From Octopus bimaculoides (Eukaryota): 64,000 bases of DNA. Position 1 is the first letter of the stretch. Every line of letters begins with the position of its first letter. The stretch spans positions 82,485,319 through 82,549,318 of the forward strand of contig NC_068985.1 of NCBI RefSeq assembly GCF_001194135.2, read 5' to 3'. Under the pieces are notes generated by a model. That model was not told where the DNA came from and did no database searches. It saw only the letters and a program-made list of their open reading frames with translations. Positions 1 through 13,000 of this stretch are shown one piece after another. Position numbers and translations under genes: made by a program.

Positions 1-84
1 GTGTAAGGAGAGACAAATCTCTTTAGTTGGAGTTATGGACTCTTTGTCAACAGGAAGTTTATGTCTCTTCCTAGAGAAATAAGG

Positions 85-432
85 TCACTGAGGGGTTTGT
101 GTATTAAGAAATGGTTGGAATTTCTCTATGAAACGATTCTCATTGTTGATTCTTTCTTGTGTTGAGATTCTGTCTTTACATTGATAGAAAGAGAATATAA
201 GGAATTTAGGGTTTTTGTTTCTGGCGCAAGAGTCTATGTGGCCACTGAGTGGAATTTGGCAGTATTGAGGGAGATTTATTTGTTCTTTATGGACTGCTAC
301 TCTTCTATGCAACGGGAGGCTCGTCTGTCCGATATAGAAGTGTTGGCAACCTGTGCATGTGAGGACATAAATGAGGTTCCCAGAGGAACAAGAGAAATTG
401 GTTTTGATTTTAAACTTTGTTCCTTGTTTGAA
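85..432 (-). mobile_element. Penelope-like retroelement, C-terminal GIY-YIG endonuclease fragment (5'-truncated)
   Basis: Extending ORF 85..312 upstream in frame gives FKQGTKFKIKTNFSCSSGNLIYVLTCTGCQHFYIGQTSLPLHRRVAVHKEQI...GHIDSC...NENRFIEKFQPFLN. This contains the IY...YIG motif, CxxC, and the conserved R, H and terminal N of Penelope-like GIY-YIG domains. The frame has no internal stop over 115 codons. Confidence 0.85.
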
Positions 433-457
433 GGTAAATATATATATATGTTTATAT

Positions 458-596
458 ATGACAGGCTTCTTTCAGTTTCCATCTACCACATCCACTCACA
501 AGGCTTCACTTGCTCAAGGTGCCATGCAGTGGGACTGAACCTGGAACCTTGTGGTTGGAAAGGAAGCTTGTTACCATGTAACCATGCCTGCACCTA
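458..596 (-). mobile_element. tRNA-derived SINE (family A), head and partial body with internal deletion
   Basis: Shares the motifs ggcttctttcagtttcc, atccactcacaaggct, cacttgctcaaggtgcca and gggactgaacc with the copies at 27582, 48010 and 60065. The reverse complement has a B-box-like GGTTCAGTCC. Confidence 0.75.
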
Positions 597-851
597 TATT
601 TTACTTCTCTTTCTAGGGTTGCATTTTTCTAGTCACTTGAGTCTCTTCCTCTTAAAAATTCAACCACCATTTTAGGATTTAATGCTGGACAAAATTCTTT
701 GCAATATTAGGTTAGCTTATGTTCTGAGTTCATCTCCTAAAGGCAATTTCTACCTTCCAACATCAACAAAGTACATATTAGCTGAGTAGACCTTTTAAAG
801 TTATCAGTCAAAGATTAATTTAATTGCCTTTGATCATCAGACTAACAAATT

Positions 852-990
852 GGCAAGAGATTAGCTGTGTGGTTAAGAAACTTGTTTTGCAACTATGAGG
901 TTAGGGTTCACAAATCACTGCAGAATATCTAGGGAATTTATCTTATATTACTGTGTTGGTTTAACCAAAGCCTTGTGAGTATAATTTGGG
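852..990 (+). mobile_element. Diverged family A SINE head
   Basis: Reads gctgtgtggttaagaaacttg...agggttca...accaaagccttgtgagt, the reverse orientation of the other family A copies. Confidence 0.6.
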
Positions 991-1159
991 AGCCTGTTAG
1001 AAGTTACTGTTCTTGGATTGTACACTTTATTTGTCATGTGGTTAAACACCATCACTTGGTTCTTGGGGATCTTCAGCAGAGTCTGCTCTCAGGTAAGTAT
1101 TTGGATCAAGTCTCTGGTCTGAAGATAAATCCTTTCTTTTCTTCTTGGAGAACCTGAAA

Positions 1160-3373
1160 AATGTCTTGGTGTAATATTTGACACTGTTAGATGTAAAGCG
1201 TCTTCTATGTTTTTCAGCATTGAACAATATTTGGTTTCAATAAGGGTTAAAGCTGAAAAAGTCATTTCACATGTGGTGCTAAATGACGAAAGAACATGTA
1301 ATCCTATTGCAGAAATTTTGGGAAATTTAGCTTTAGCTCTGATCCAGAGTTCAGTCAAAGATTTTTCTGTAAATTCAAATTTCAAGTTTGAGTCACTCGA
1401 TAGCTCACCAAATTCTTCTTGGGCTTTATACGGCAGATCATTGATATCATCAATGCCAATTGAAAATGGTTTCTGAATGCAAGATAACTTTTTGAAATTA
1501 AAATTCGATATGAAGTATTTATTTGCGAAACTATGTTTCTAGGGTATTTAAGTGGTCTATAATAATTGTTACAATTAAATTTTTACAATTCTTTTCAGTT
1601 ACAAAATCGTTGATAACCAGAAACATTTCGAAGGAATCATTTTACATCCCATTCTTCCAAATGTTTATCTTTTTAATAAAACCCTCAATTTTATCATTTG
1701 AAGTAAATATATCGCTTGTCCTGAAAAGACAAGTTGAGATCATTTAGTTTCTCAAAAATATATGACAAATAGCATAAATTTGAAAGCCATAAGCTATTTT
1801 GAAAAAGAGCAGCAAGATCAGATTTTTGTTCGGTTAAAAATATAATAATTTCATCTTTTAATCTGTTTAAACTTTGCTAAAATAATCTGTTTAAACTTTG
1901 CTTTCTTGACAACCACCTTATTTCTGCATGTAATAATACGTTTTTGTATTCTGAGTCCATGTCTTTACAGAGATTTGAAAATAAATGGCTGTTAAGGGCA
2001 CAGCTTTTAATAAAGTTTATAATTTTGATAACATCCTGAGGCACATCGTTTAATTCTGGTCCTAATTTTTTGCTGCTAGAGTCTCTCGATGGATCATGCA
2101 ATATATAAAAGTTACATGGTTATTACCAGCAGCCATAACAAATGATTTAAAAACCAATATTTTTGCCTGTCATCACTTTTGCACCATCTGTGTATACCCC
2201 AATACAATTTCCCATTCCAAACCTACAGTTTTAGACAATTTGTCAACTTTACTATATATGTCTTTCCTTCTTGTATGGTCTTCCAAAGGCTGACAAAATA
2301 ACAATTCTTCATTGATGTTTTCTTTATAAATGCATCTTATGTATACTAACAATTGAACCATTTTTGAAATATCAGTTGTTTCGTCCAACTGTATAGCAAA
2401 GTTTGAGTTTTCTTTAAGTATAGTAATAAGTTGCTCAAATTGGTCGTTGCTATTTTCAGTACTTCTATTGGTGACCGTGTCATTCGACAAAGGTATTTTC
2501 TGAATTTCATCGCCATATTTACTTTCGTGAAGTATTTCTACCATCTTCATAGCAGCAGGTAATAAAAGTTCTTCCCCAATGGTGTATGCCTTTTTATTTT
2601 TTTGCATTTAGATATGAAACTTCGTATTATGCCAATAGATATTTTTCGTTTATAGTCATAAATTTCTCAAAATTTTGTTTTTCTATATTTGAAAACATAA
2701 ACTGTCTTTCAAAATATATCTTTGCTTTACTGATGTATGAAGGCTGTTTGAATTCAAGATGCCTTTTTAATTTTGAGGGTTTCATACTCTCCACGGCCAA
2801 AACATTATTGCAAATTAAACAAAGAGGTTATTCCATACCATCACTATTATTAAAAGTGAAGCCAAATTGGAGAAATGACTCATCGTATTTTCTTTTTTGC
2901 ATCTTAGGTGCCTCTCTCTGATTACTTGGTCCTGCTTGGACAGACTTTGTAGCATTGCCATCTGCATCATTACTTTTGTTACTCAAGTCCAGCCATTTAT
3001 CAATGAGTAAAAATAGTTTTATTTTGAAATATAAATAAAATAACATTTCATAAAATAACTATGAAATTATTTAAATAAATACCGACCTCGATTGAATAAA
3101 ACAGTAAAATGTATTGTTATTTATACACTTATTGAGATGAATACAATCAACCAACTACACTGAAAATACCTATGTTGTCACTGCACTAGTTGCAATGGCA
3201 CCACACATGCATTTTATTACTGCAGTGCTTGCGTGGTGCATCATGTTAAATGTTGTGCATTTGTGAAATAACATATAAACTGAAATTCAAGTGTTTGAAT
3301 TTAATTTTCGTGACCCCAGCATTTCTCTTTGTGATCCCATTTGGGGTTGCAATCTAGAGTTTAAGAAGTGCTG
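1160..3373 (-). mobile_element. Decayed hAT DNA transposon of the Buster/Charlie group (ZBED5/SCAND3-like transposase); 5' end present, 3' end missing
   Basis: Minus-strand fragments occur in the expected order: DKWL; KRKYDESFLQFGF; BED finger PLCLICNNVLAVESMKPSKLKRHL; YTIGEELLLPAA; IPLSNDTV; FAIQLDETTDIS; YTDGAKVMTG; YCMIHRETLAAK; LLHAEIRWLSR; FSTTCEMTFSAL. There are several stops and frameshifts. The terminus CAGCACTTCTTAAAC...CCCCAAATGGGATCAC at 3373 resembles a Buster-type end. Confidence 0.9.
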
Positions 3374-4025
3374 ATTTAGATTAATGGGGATTTTCTATGT
3401 AGCCACTATTGCCTAACTAGAATTTTTGAATGATTTATGCCATAAATACAAAATATTTTTTGATTAAAATCTGTTTTAGAATAAAGTTAATTTATAGTAT
3501 TATTCTACACAAAGAAAAATGTTCCCATTTGTTTTTGTTTACATTAGTACAAAATCTGCACAATTCAAGAATAGTTGTGTAAGTTATATCATTCTTTCCT
3601 TTAATCAAAGAAGAAATTATAGAAGAGAAATCAGTAATTTTGAATACCTTACAATGTATGCATTATGTCATCAGTATAGAGACTGCAGTGCAGCATACAG
3701 TATCTGTTTCAAGAACTGCATTTTCTTTTATGCAAGTAATATGTCCTATTCCCCTCTATATTTGCTGCAGACTGAGATGTCAGTTGGTATGTGACTCATA
3801 GCTCAAGTATGATATGTATGATAATACATTTTATGGTAACAGTTATCAATAATTCTGATATGTCAAAAGTACTATGAATATTCTGCTACATTATGTACTA
3901 GAAAACTTATTCACTGTCCCATGAAAATACTCAAACCATTAACCTAGTTAGAACTGGAGTTTAACCAAAGTTAAACTATATAGAAAGGTTAATAAATGTT
4001 GATTAAACATACATGTGCACTCAAA

Positions 4026-4026
<1 letters not shown>

Positions 4027-4077
<51 letters not shown>

Positions 4078-4087
4078 CACACTCACA
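4027..4087. repeat. (CA)n microsatellite ending in CACT units
   Basis: Seen directly in the sequence. Confidence 0.95.
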
Positions 4088-4571
4088 TTTTATAAGTTCT
4101 GTTTTATTGAAGAAAAGAGGAAAGTAACTTTTTTATATTTTATGAAATATATGCTTTTATGAGAAACTGGAATAATAATCTCCAAAAATATTTCAATACA
4201 TTGTGCTTATATATTATATTCTTTTGCCACAATAAATTACTTGTAGAAAACATATCAACTCTTGATTAAGGGGAGCAAATATTAAGTAGTTAAGTTATTT
4301 GGAAAGCAATAAAACTAAATAAATAAGGAAAAGTTATAAAGCATTCTTTATTCACTTAAAATGCATTAAATAAATGAATATTCAATTATACATTTTAATT
4401 TCACTTCAGATGTTGTGTACAGAAAGGAAATAATATTCTCTATTGCATTTTGAATGTTATCAATTTTATTAAACAGCAGATTTGCTGAATCATTTCTGTC
4501 AATAATGGAGTTTTATCAAGTTTACTTCTGAATGTGATGGTTATTATTATCAATCAATTGATCAATCAGAT

Positions 4572-4800
4572 CAGCCATTGCTACCCAACTGTTAGGTAAA
4601 GGCTTCTTCTCTTGATAAGTTTTGGGTACCCAATCTCTAATTAAAAAAAAAAATTATCCAATTCATCCGTCTAGCTGTTTGCCATTGTCCTTCTCTTACT
4701 TTTGTAGTCATTTTGAATTCAGAGTGTCAGCCTTTATGTCCACTAGTTGTCACTCATCCTCTGGACATGTCCAGTTGAATGTCATATTTACCTTGTTTTA
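4572..4800 (-). mobile_element. RTE-clade LINE 3' end, decayed
   Basis: The minus strand reads GHVQRMSDN*WT*RLTL* and later EAFT*QLGSNG*. This matches the RTE C-terminal pattern WAGHVxRxxDNRWTKRVxxW...EAFVQQWxxxG. Confidence 0.7.
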
Positions 4801-6485
4801 AAGAACAAATTTATTACAATAGCAGTGTTTGAATTGTTGTTTTCATCATCAACAGTCCACATTTAAGTTTAAGGGTATTTTAGTCAAATACAATTTAAGA
4901 AAGTCACTGCAATGAGACAGAAACAAAGTCAAAACAAAGCAAGAATAATTGTTTAAATTTTTACCTTGTGTTACCCAAATTTAAAAACCTTATCAAGAAA
5001 ATAGAGGATGATCTAGCTCTGTCAACACACATCAAACTGACTGAGCACTTATTTTTTAAATGTGAACATTGTGTAGGAGAAGATTTTCATATGTAAACTA
5101 GCTATGTTAGATCAACCAACCAGTTTAGCTCAATTCATGCCTCTTCCCAAGGATTTTGTTTATTTATTCAGACAGCTTCTTTATTTCATAAATTTCTCAT
5201 ATTTCTTTCTTTAGATTTGATAGTAACCATGATTTCTTTGTTATGCCATCTCTTTAGATGTTTATTTAACAGTGGAAGTATATAGGTATATATATGAAAA
5301 TGCTTTTTAATACAGCAGTGCAGTGTGCAAATGGTGCTACTGATTAATGATTTGTAACATTTACTGTAAATTATATGATACATTATGCAAATTCATAAAT
5401 ATATGTTCACACTGAAGTTTGCAGTTGGCTCATATGCAAACATTGTTATTGTGTGTAGGCTGATTCCCAGACAAGCATTTTCTCAGGCACATTCAGTGTG
5501 TCAGCTGTATATATAATACTTCCCTATGGATCACTTCAAAGATTGCATTTTTTGCTCTCTTAATTAAATAGGGCAGTGTTGTTCAAATGCAGTTGTTATT
5601 AGAGGTGTGAAACTGCTTTGGAGATGTGTTATTGAACTGCACTCTACAAAAGACACTGCATAGCCATTGTTGTTAACACCTTTTGGAGCTGCTTGCTTTT
5701 GTCAGCTCTATTACTTGCTTCTTGCATCTTTTATGTACATGTCATATTCTACTTGATACATGGCAGCCTCGAATCTTGTTGGTATGGCACAAGTAGATCT
5801 GTTGTGCACAAGTAGGCCCCAACAAGCAACTCCTTGCAGAAGTTGGTATTAATGAATCTTTTCTCTGATTTTAAGTCAGAAATCAAGTAGAGAAAGGGAT
5901 CAAATGTCATTAGGATGCTCCATTTCAATGCTTATGTAGTTGTCAACCAAGTAAACAATGCTATGCTCTATCAAAAGGATGCCAATATAGCATATCTGGC
6001 TGGGAGATATTGTAAATACCAGTAGAATGGATATTTGTAACTATAGAGGATTCTCAAAGTTAATTAAAGTTTCATCTCTAGAAATAGTAGATATTCTCCA
6101 TCACCAGCCACCTAAGATTAGACTTATTATCTTTAGTATTGAAGGGCTCTTGTTTAACAGATCCTAGCTCTTACCCCAAATCCTCGAGCATGTACTCCAT
6201 ACTTTTTCCAAGCATGTCCTCAACTCCAATGACACCCCTACACTTAAATGTAATACATGTTTAGCCTATATGTCATCTCCCTTTACAACTCTGCATTTAC
6301 TCTTTTATTTGTTAGCTTAATAAATGACTTCATCATTTCAAGAACCTCTGCTGCTTCAGTCTCACATCCTTAAGTATCCACTAATTCATGACTAGTATCG
6401 GAAAGAACACCCACTCCAGTTTAACCATTCAGTATTAACCTGAACTTCAGGACTATCTATGAGGGTCAAGATTATCAGATTTATA

Positions 6486-6495
6486 NNNNNNNNNN
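6486..6495. other. Assembly gap (10 N) next to a (GT)n tract
   Basis: Run of N bases. Confidence 0.99.
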
Positions 6496-7907
6496 TATTT
6501 ATGTGTGTGTGTGTGTGTGTGTGTGTGTACACAAATCAAAGTGTAATCTGCTTAACATCTATTCCTGCACTTTCAAAGTTTTTGCTATTATATTTACTGT
6601 TCAACTTGTTTTTCCTCTCACTCATAAAGGATGATTTCTGTATTACTTCATTAGTTAGTTTTAGTTGTAGTAGTTAACTCGATGCTGGCTTTGATCCAAT
6701 AGATCAAGACATTTCAGCTGTAATTATATTCCTTTGTTTTTCAGGAATACATTAGTTATTTTTTCTTTAAGATGGTACCATATATTTTGAAAGAGGTTTA
6801 ACTTCTATCTTTAGCAGATTAAACAATCACACAGAGGCTCCCTTATTGGTTTGTATTCTAGTTTACATCAGATTACTGAATATCTGATTTTTAAAATTAC
6901 TGAAGTTGCCTTTCAATTTCTATTTATTTAAAGTGTTTTAATCAAAAATTAAGGTTGTTCAATAAAGAAGCTATCTGGCTAACCAATGGAACTTTACAAC
7001 TATTGTCTTTATTGTATATGATTAATTTAAAGCAACTTATTAAAGATTTCCAAAGTGAAAATCTGCAGTTTCAAATCTAAAATTTTCTTTATGTAAAAAG
7101 TTCATCGTTTCAGGAACAAGTTCATGATAGGTTTTCAATTTTCTGTAAAATAAATAAATATAATTAAAGTGGTTCAATTCAATATGGAGAAATATTCAAA
7201 TACAAATTTTGTTTTATAAGAGAAGAGTTATAATTTAAATAGTTTCTAGAAGGAAAAAATAAAATAAAATTAAAAAACTTTAATTGTATGATAAAAGAAG
7301 CGTGATTTATTCTATTGTCTGAAAAATCTAATTATTTTATCAATTGAGAACATTTTATTTAAGCTTCTACCAATAACAGTAATTGTCTTGTTTTATGCTT
7401 TAATTATTGTAAACAAAGCAATTCACCTTTTAATCTAATAAAAATTTACATACTTTATATTACACTGCTAAATATAAATGAGTAAAAGTTTGCTAATGAC
7501 TCTTGCTATCTCCTCCACGTAATGTAAAAGTCATATATTTAATATTTTCCATTTTTCCTCTGTATCAGTATGGCTGATTTCATAATTTTAGAAATTTTAA
7601 AATTAAATATTTTTATAGTTAAGATGAAGGGATAACACTAAAAAGCTTATCTAAAATGAAATTTAAGCCACCATAATTGCTAGCATTTCATGTACATTAG
7701 CTATTTGATACCAGTAAATAAACAGAGGCTTTAAAAATCAACTAAAATGTGAAATTGTGGTTAGGTAGAAATTTCTAATCTTTCTAAAGAAGATAGCAGC
7801 TATTTGTTCAAACAGTTGTATTTATTAGCATAGAAGATGTAGTCTTGCATAAGAGGACCCCAATTTTACAGGTATATTTTGTAGAAAAACAAATTTAATA
7901 TGTTCCG

Positions 7908-7909
<2 letters not shown>

Positions 7910-7963
<54 letters not shown>
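7910..7963. repeat. (TA)n microsatellite
   Basis: Seen directly in the sequence. Confidence 0.95.
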
Positions 7964-7967
<4 letters not shown>

Positions 7968-9859
7968 AAATATTTTAATATGTTGAACACATTTTGAACA
8001 TTTCTATATTTTATTTTTGAGTTTAACAACAGGAAACTATAATATCAAATATACCAGTACTTCTTCAATATATTTGGTTTTCCTTTCTATCTTTTTCATA
8101 TAAATTACAGTAGTTGGCTTGACATTGTTTTACTATATGCAGTTACATTCTTGAACTGTTGTCCCTATATTTTCAGTTAGTTATGGGACATTCTGTGTGT
8201 GCATAATCTCACACACTATTTGAGTTACACCCAAAATTTCAAGTTGCATTATTTTTATTGTTAGTCACAGGTTCTTAAGTGCAGGTAAAAATTTGCTTGT
8301 TGTCCTTAATTTAACTTCTTTGTCATTAAATTGAATTTGGATAACTGAAATGTTCTTTCCCAGTCATTTGCTGAGGCTTTTTTTCTGACAAGATCTCTAA
8401 AAGTTGGGAAAGAATATTAAGTGACATTTGATCCATTGAAAAGCCAAGAGAATTGGCCATCACATATTGAACTGCATTTTAGAAGTTATAAACTGCTTAT
8501 GAAAAGTTATCTTGAGTTTCTGGATGCACTTTGTAATTAGTATCTCTAGATGTAATATAAGCTCTCCAAAGATGGATGTACAAAAACTTCTTGTCACTAT
8601 CACCTCTAACAATGCAGTGAAAATTTAGCTGGTTCCCATTTTGATCTGATAGGTTCAGATAGGCTGTTGTTGAGAAAATCTATTATTTCACTGATTTTAA
8701 TGATTGAACTGCAGCCATGTTGAGGCACTACCTTCAAGTATTTCAGTTGACCATATCGATCCCAGTATTAGTTTCAGTTTGCTATTTCTCTCTCTCTCAT
8801 TGTTGGACCACAATGTTATGGGACCTAGGAGATGGTACATGTAAATACACACATACACACAATTTTATGCTTACAATTAAAAAAAGAAAGACTTTTTAAT
8901 AATAATTCATTTTCATATAGTTTAAATAATATTGTCTAAACATTAGCCATAGTGTCTCACTTCACTCAAGACAATGCCTGAGTCGAATTTACTGTTGGTT
9001 GAAGTAAATTCCTTGTAGAAGATAAAAAAGCTATTATTTTCTCCATGCTTAATTTATCTGCTGTCCACTTTCATTTACTCCATTTATGAGAAGTCCACCA
9101 AAAAATTAAAAAGAGAAAGGAAGAAAAATACTGACATGATAATTGCTTTTATCCTTGCCTTTTTTAACACCTGTCACTACTTTAAGGATAGCCCTTCATC
9201 CAGCAATCATATTTTGATGAAAATAAAATGTAATTTTTCATGTTAAATGTTGCATCTCCCAGACATGCTAGATATAAATATGACTGACAAAAATCATAGC
9301 TACATGGAATTTTAAGAGTATGTTGATGTGTTATGAATAATTTACCTTATACTAACAAAGGGTGAATAGGTTATTTTGTTTCTTGCTTTAATTGAAATAA
9401 AATTATGAATCCTGAAGCAACAACATTGAAAGAAAATAATAATGATAATAATCACAGTGTGATAACATTTAAATACCAACTAACTTTGATATTGATTAGA
9501 AAACAGAAAAAGATTTTTAAAATAGCAAGGGAAGGAAAAAAACTGCAAATGTTAAATATTTATTATTCTAGTGCTCCCTTTTTATATTTCCATAGTTGCA
9601 TATATTTTTAATGGATCTGTGATATAACATTTCTCTGTTTCTTGGTCTTGTGCTAATCTCATTTGCAAAGTTTGTAAACTTTTAATCTATATGATTAAAA
9701 TGTGACACATTTAAAAATACTGTACAACTTGATTTCCTAAAAGTTCACTGATTCCATAAATCCATTCCTTGAGCATTTAACAAAAAATTACAGATTTTAA
9801 TTTTTATTGCCATTGTTGTTCACATCATCATCATCATCCACAGTAGATTAACAGAATTA

Positions 9860-10050
9860 CTAGAGTGCCAGAAAAATACCTGGCAAAATTTCTCCTGATT
9901 CCTTATGTTCTGTGTTCAAATTCCACTCCCACTGAGGTTTACTTTGTCTTTTATCCCTCTAAGTCGATGACAAAATATCAGTCAATTACTGGGATTGATT
10001 GCACTGCTAAGCCCCTTCCTCTCAAAATTACTGGTGTGTCTATATTTGAA
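9860..10050 (+). mobile_element. SINE (family B), diverged
   Basis: Contains gttcaaattcc...ctgaggtttactttgtcttttatcc...tactgggattgat...tttgaaacaattatt. The same motif series is at 31250 and 49380 (+) and 32150 (-). Confidence 0.55.
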
Positions 10051-13000
10051 ACAATTATTTTGAGCTAGAGAGAAGTTCAGTTTTTAAGTCCCAAGCAGAA
10101 AAGAAAGATAGGTTTTAGGCTTTGTCTTAATGCTAGCTTTAAAGTACTATATATACCAGCATAAAATACATACTTTTTTCTATATCTCAATGTATCAAAA
10201 AATTGCTTTGCATCTAATGTGGTAGTGTTATGGATGGGAGTTCAAGTAAGCTGGATGAGTATAAATCCACCGGGCACAATGTCAGCATATGATTATGAAA
10301 AATTGCTTATGGTACATTGGCAGTTATGTGGGTTGGTCACACCATCTCATTATACCTTCATCCCAGCATGGATAACTCACACCTGATATATGTCTTACAT
10401 TATGTATTACTTTTAAGAAACAATTATCTAAATGAAAAGTTCTCTTGTGAAGATATGTGGAATGTTAGCAAACTTTCATCCACCAGCAATGGTTAGATGA
10501 CAATAAAATAGTGGTGGTGCACCACCCTTGTGAGTATTCATGGTTATATAAAACATCACAGCCAGAAATATGACTGCCACATCCCGTATAACTGTTCTCT
10601 TGACTAAGATATAAACAATTATACAGCTGAGTTGAAAAAAGATAAAGTTGAAATACAGTACTCTCATAACATAGTTTATGATAAATTTATGGTTTCATAC
10701 TTTATTCCAGTATAGTGTCACAGTATTTTATTTACATGCACAGTCATACATTTTCCCCCCTGTAAAACCATTCTAAAATATCTTTGAATATATATGATGG
10801 AACATATTAAATTTGTTTTTCTACAAAATATACCTGTAAAATAAGGGTGCCTCTTATGCAAGAGTACATCTTTTATGCTAGTGAATACAGCCATTTGAAA
10901 AAATGGCTACTATCTTCTTTAGAAAAATTATAGAGGTATCTACCACTATATTTCCCTCAAGAATTTTCTAATTGTGCTAGGAAAGAAGTTGATGTACATT
11001 GACAACATTTAAAGGTGTTGTTTTCTTAAGGTGAATATGGTTTGTGCTGGAGATAACACAAATCATATTGATAAAATGATAAATTCTCACTTAGAAAACA
11101 AAGAATAAGACTATAGTAGGAGAAAATTGAGGTGAAAATAAAAAATGACTACAACTGGAAATATATGGGAAAAATAGTGAGAGAAGGATTGAAAATTTTC
11201 TGAATAAAAATGTATATGTTAAATACAATAATAATTAATTGAAAATATTTTTATTGTAGTTTTTGTTGAGAGTTTCAGTTTGGAGTTAGCCAAATGCCAT
11301 TATCATTGATATTAGATTTATCTTTTAACTAACTATAACGATCATATGAATACTTATGTGTAGAATATTACTTGAGAAGTTTGAAAATCAACTTAAATTA
11401 GTTTTTTCTGCTAAGAAATATGATTCTGATTTAACCAACGCAAGTGCTGATAACGTATCATGTCAAGTATTTTAGAATAATATTTCTTAAAATTTCAGTT
11501 AAATAGTTCCAGATCATTACTTAGTATACTGAAGAGGCATTGCTGCAATTGTTTCCAGATTTTAACATATTTTCAAACAGTTCAGATATATTAGCCTTTG
11601 ATATTAAAACTTTATGAAAATGAAGCCTAAAGAACAAACTATTTCTTTTTCATTTTTGTTTTAAATAATTCCTCCACTAATCACACCTAACTTTTTTCAT
11701 TTTTATTCCATTATAGTTTCATTATATTATTAATTTCTGTTCTAACACTGTTAAGATTTATATTCAAAGGAAAAATTTTAGTAATAATCAAAATAAATTT
11801 GACCTTAAGTTAAAAAAGAATACAACAATTATTCATTTTATGGGTTTGTCTATAGAAAAGCAAGTATTATCTTAAAAAGAAGGTGACTGAAATTTAAGTT
11901 TAAAAGGTAATCTTCATCTATAATTATTGATTGCAAAGATTTAATGGATGCTATTTGAGGATAATAAATGGTTGCGCATAAATATCTAAAGTAGACAAAG
12001 TTTGCTCACTTAAGTTTGATTAATTAGATTGATCCTCTTAAGAAAAATATGAATGTTTACTTTCCTTAAACATTTTTTTTTTATTATTTTACTGCTGCAC
12101 ATCTGTAAGTACACAAAGCTTTAATTATGGAAACTTGGTTTTATTCTTATCAAAATACAAAAAGTAAATTTCTGTTTTCTTAGAAGCAAAAATTACTCTT
12201 AATCACATAGACATGTCATATATGGAATTTAAAATAATTATGTTTTATTTTATTGATTCTTTTATGGAAAAAGTACAGAATGTTAGGATTATAGCCAAAC
12301 TTGAGTAGAATGTCAATATTGTCATACTTTCTATATTTACTTAAAATGAATTAAGATCCAAACATAAATTTATCTCGGTTCCATTTGTTTATTGAAGAAA
12401 AGTGATGTTGTATGTAAGATGTGACAAAATAACAGGAAACTCAACAATCCTTTGATGTTTCTTTGTGTGCATTTATTAACTTAAATAGACAAAATTATAT
12501 CTAAATAGCAAAGTATAGAATCAGATTGTTGTGATAACCTATAGCAACAGTAAATTAATCATAGTCTAGGTGCAAATCTGATGGTGTATAATGTACATTC
12601 CAACTATTTTATCATGTTACATTAGTGACTTAAAAACTAAATCAGTCAGTTGCCTTCTAGTATCATCTAAAATCAATAGATTTATATTGATAAATTTTAT
12701 TTTGGATTAAAATATTTTGAATTAACTTCAAATCATTATGTATACATGGCTTATTTAGTAAATGTTCAGACATGTAGGATTTTAAGTTTTTAAGAATTTT
12801 TATGTTGGTAGTGATAAAATAAGTCATTGTTGAAAGGTTTGTTGTTTCTATGTATTTTTTATTTATCAACATTTTATCATGAATCTATGTTAGTTTTGCT
12901 CTGTAGCTCTACTCATTGAAACAACATTGTTTTTGTGAATTTTACGAGATCTTTTCACTCAACAGTTATTACTTTTACTTAATTTTTTCTATTTTTCATG

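Larger units (their letters stand above)
7816..10890. mobile_element. Candidate non-autonomous Tc1/pogo-like element defined by an inverted pair of roughly 100-120 bp ends about 3 kb apart
   Basis: 7816-7917 (ttgtatttattagcatagaagatgtagtcttgcataagaggacccc...gtagaaaaacaaatttaatatgttccgtcatatata) matches the reverse complement of 10789-10890 at about 85%. The terminal motif resembles pogo-type CCGTATTT...TATAAGACGCACC ends. I found no transposase inside and no clear TA target duplication. Confidence 0.55.

Noticed and set aside
181-675. 164-aa plus-strand ORF
   Set aside because: It is the antisense of the Penelope-like endonuclease plus a microsatellite and a SINE, and shows no protein-like features.
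990-1160. GC-richer segment at the hAT truncation point, containing an AG|GTAAGT donor-like site
   Set aside because: No frame gives a recognisable motif. It is probably another transposon fragment but cannot be assigned.
5570-6450. Possible decayed retroelement coding sequence (for example KCNTC near 6250)
   Set aside because: There are stops in all frames and only isolated motif-like words, so no family can be supported.
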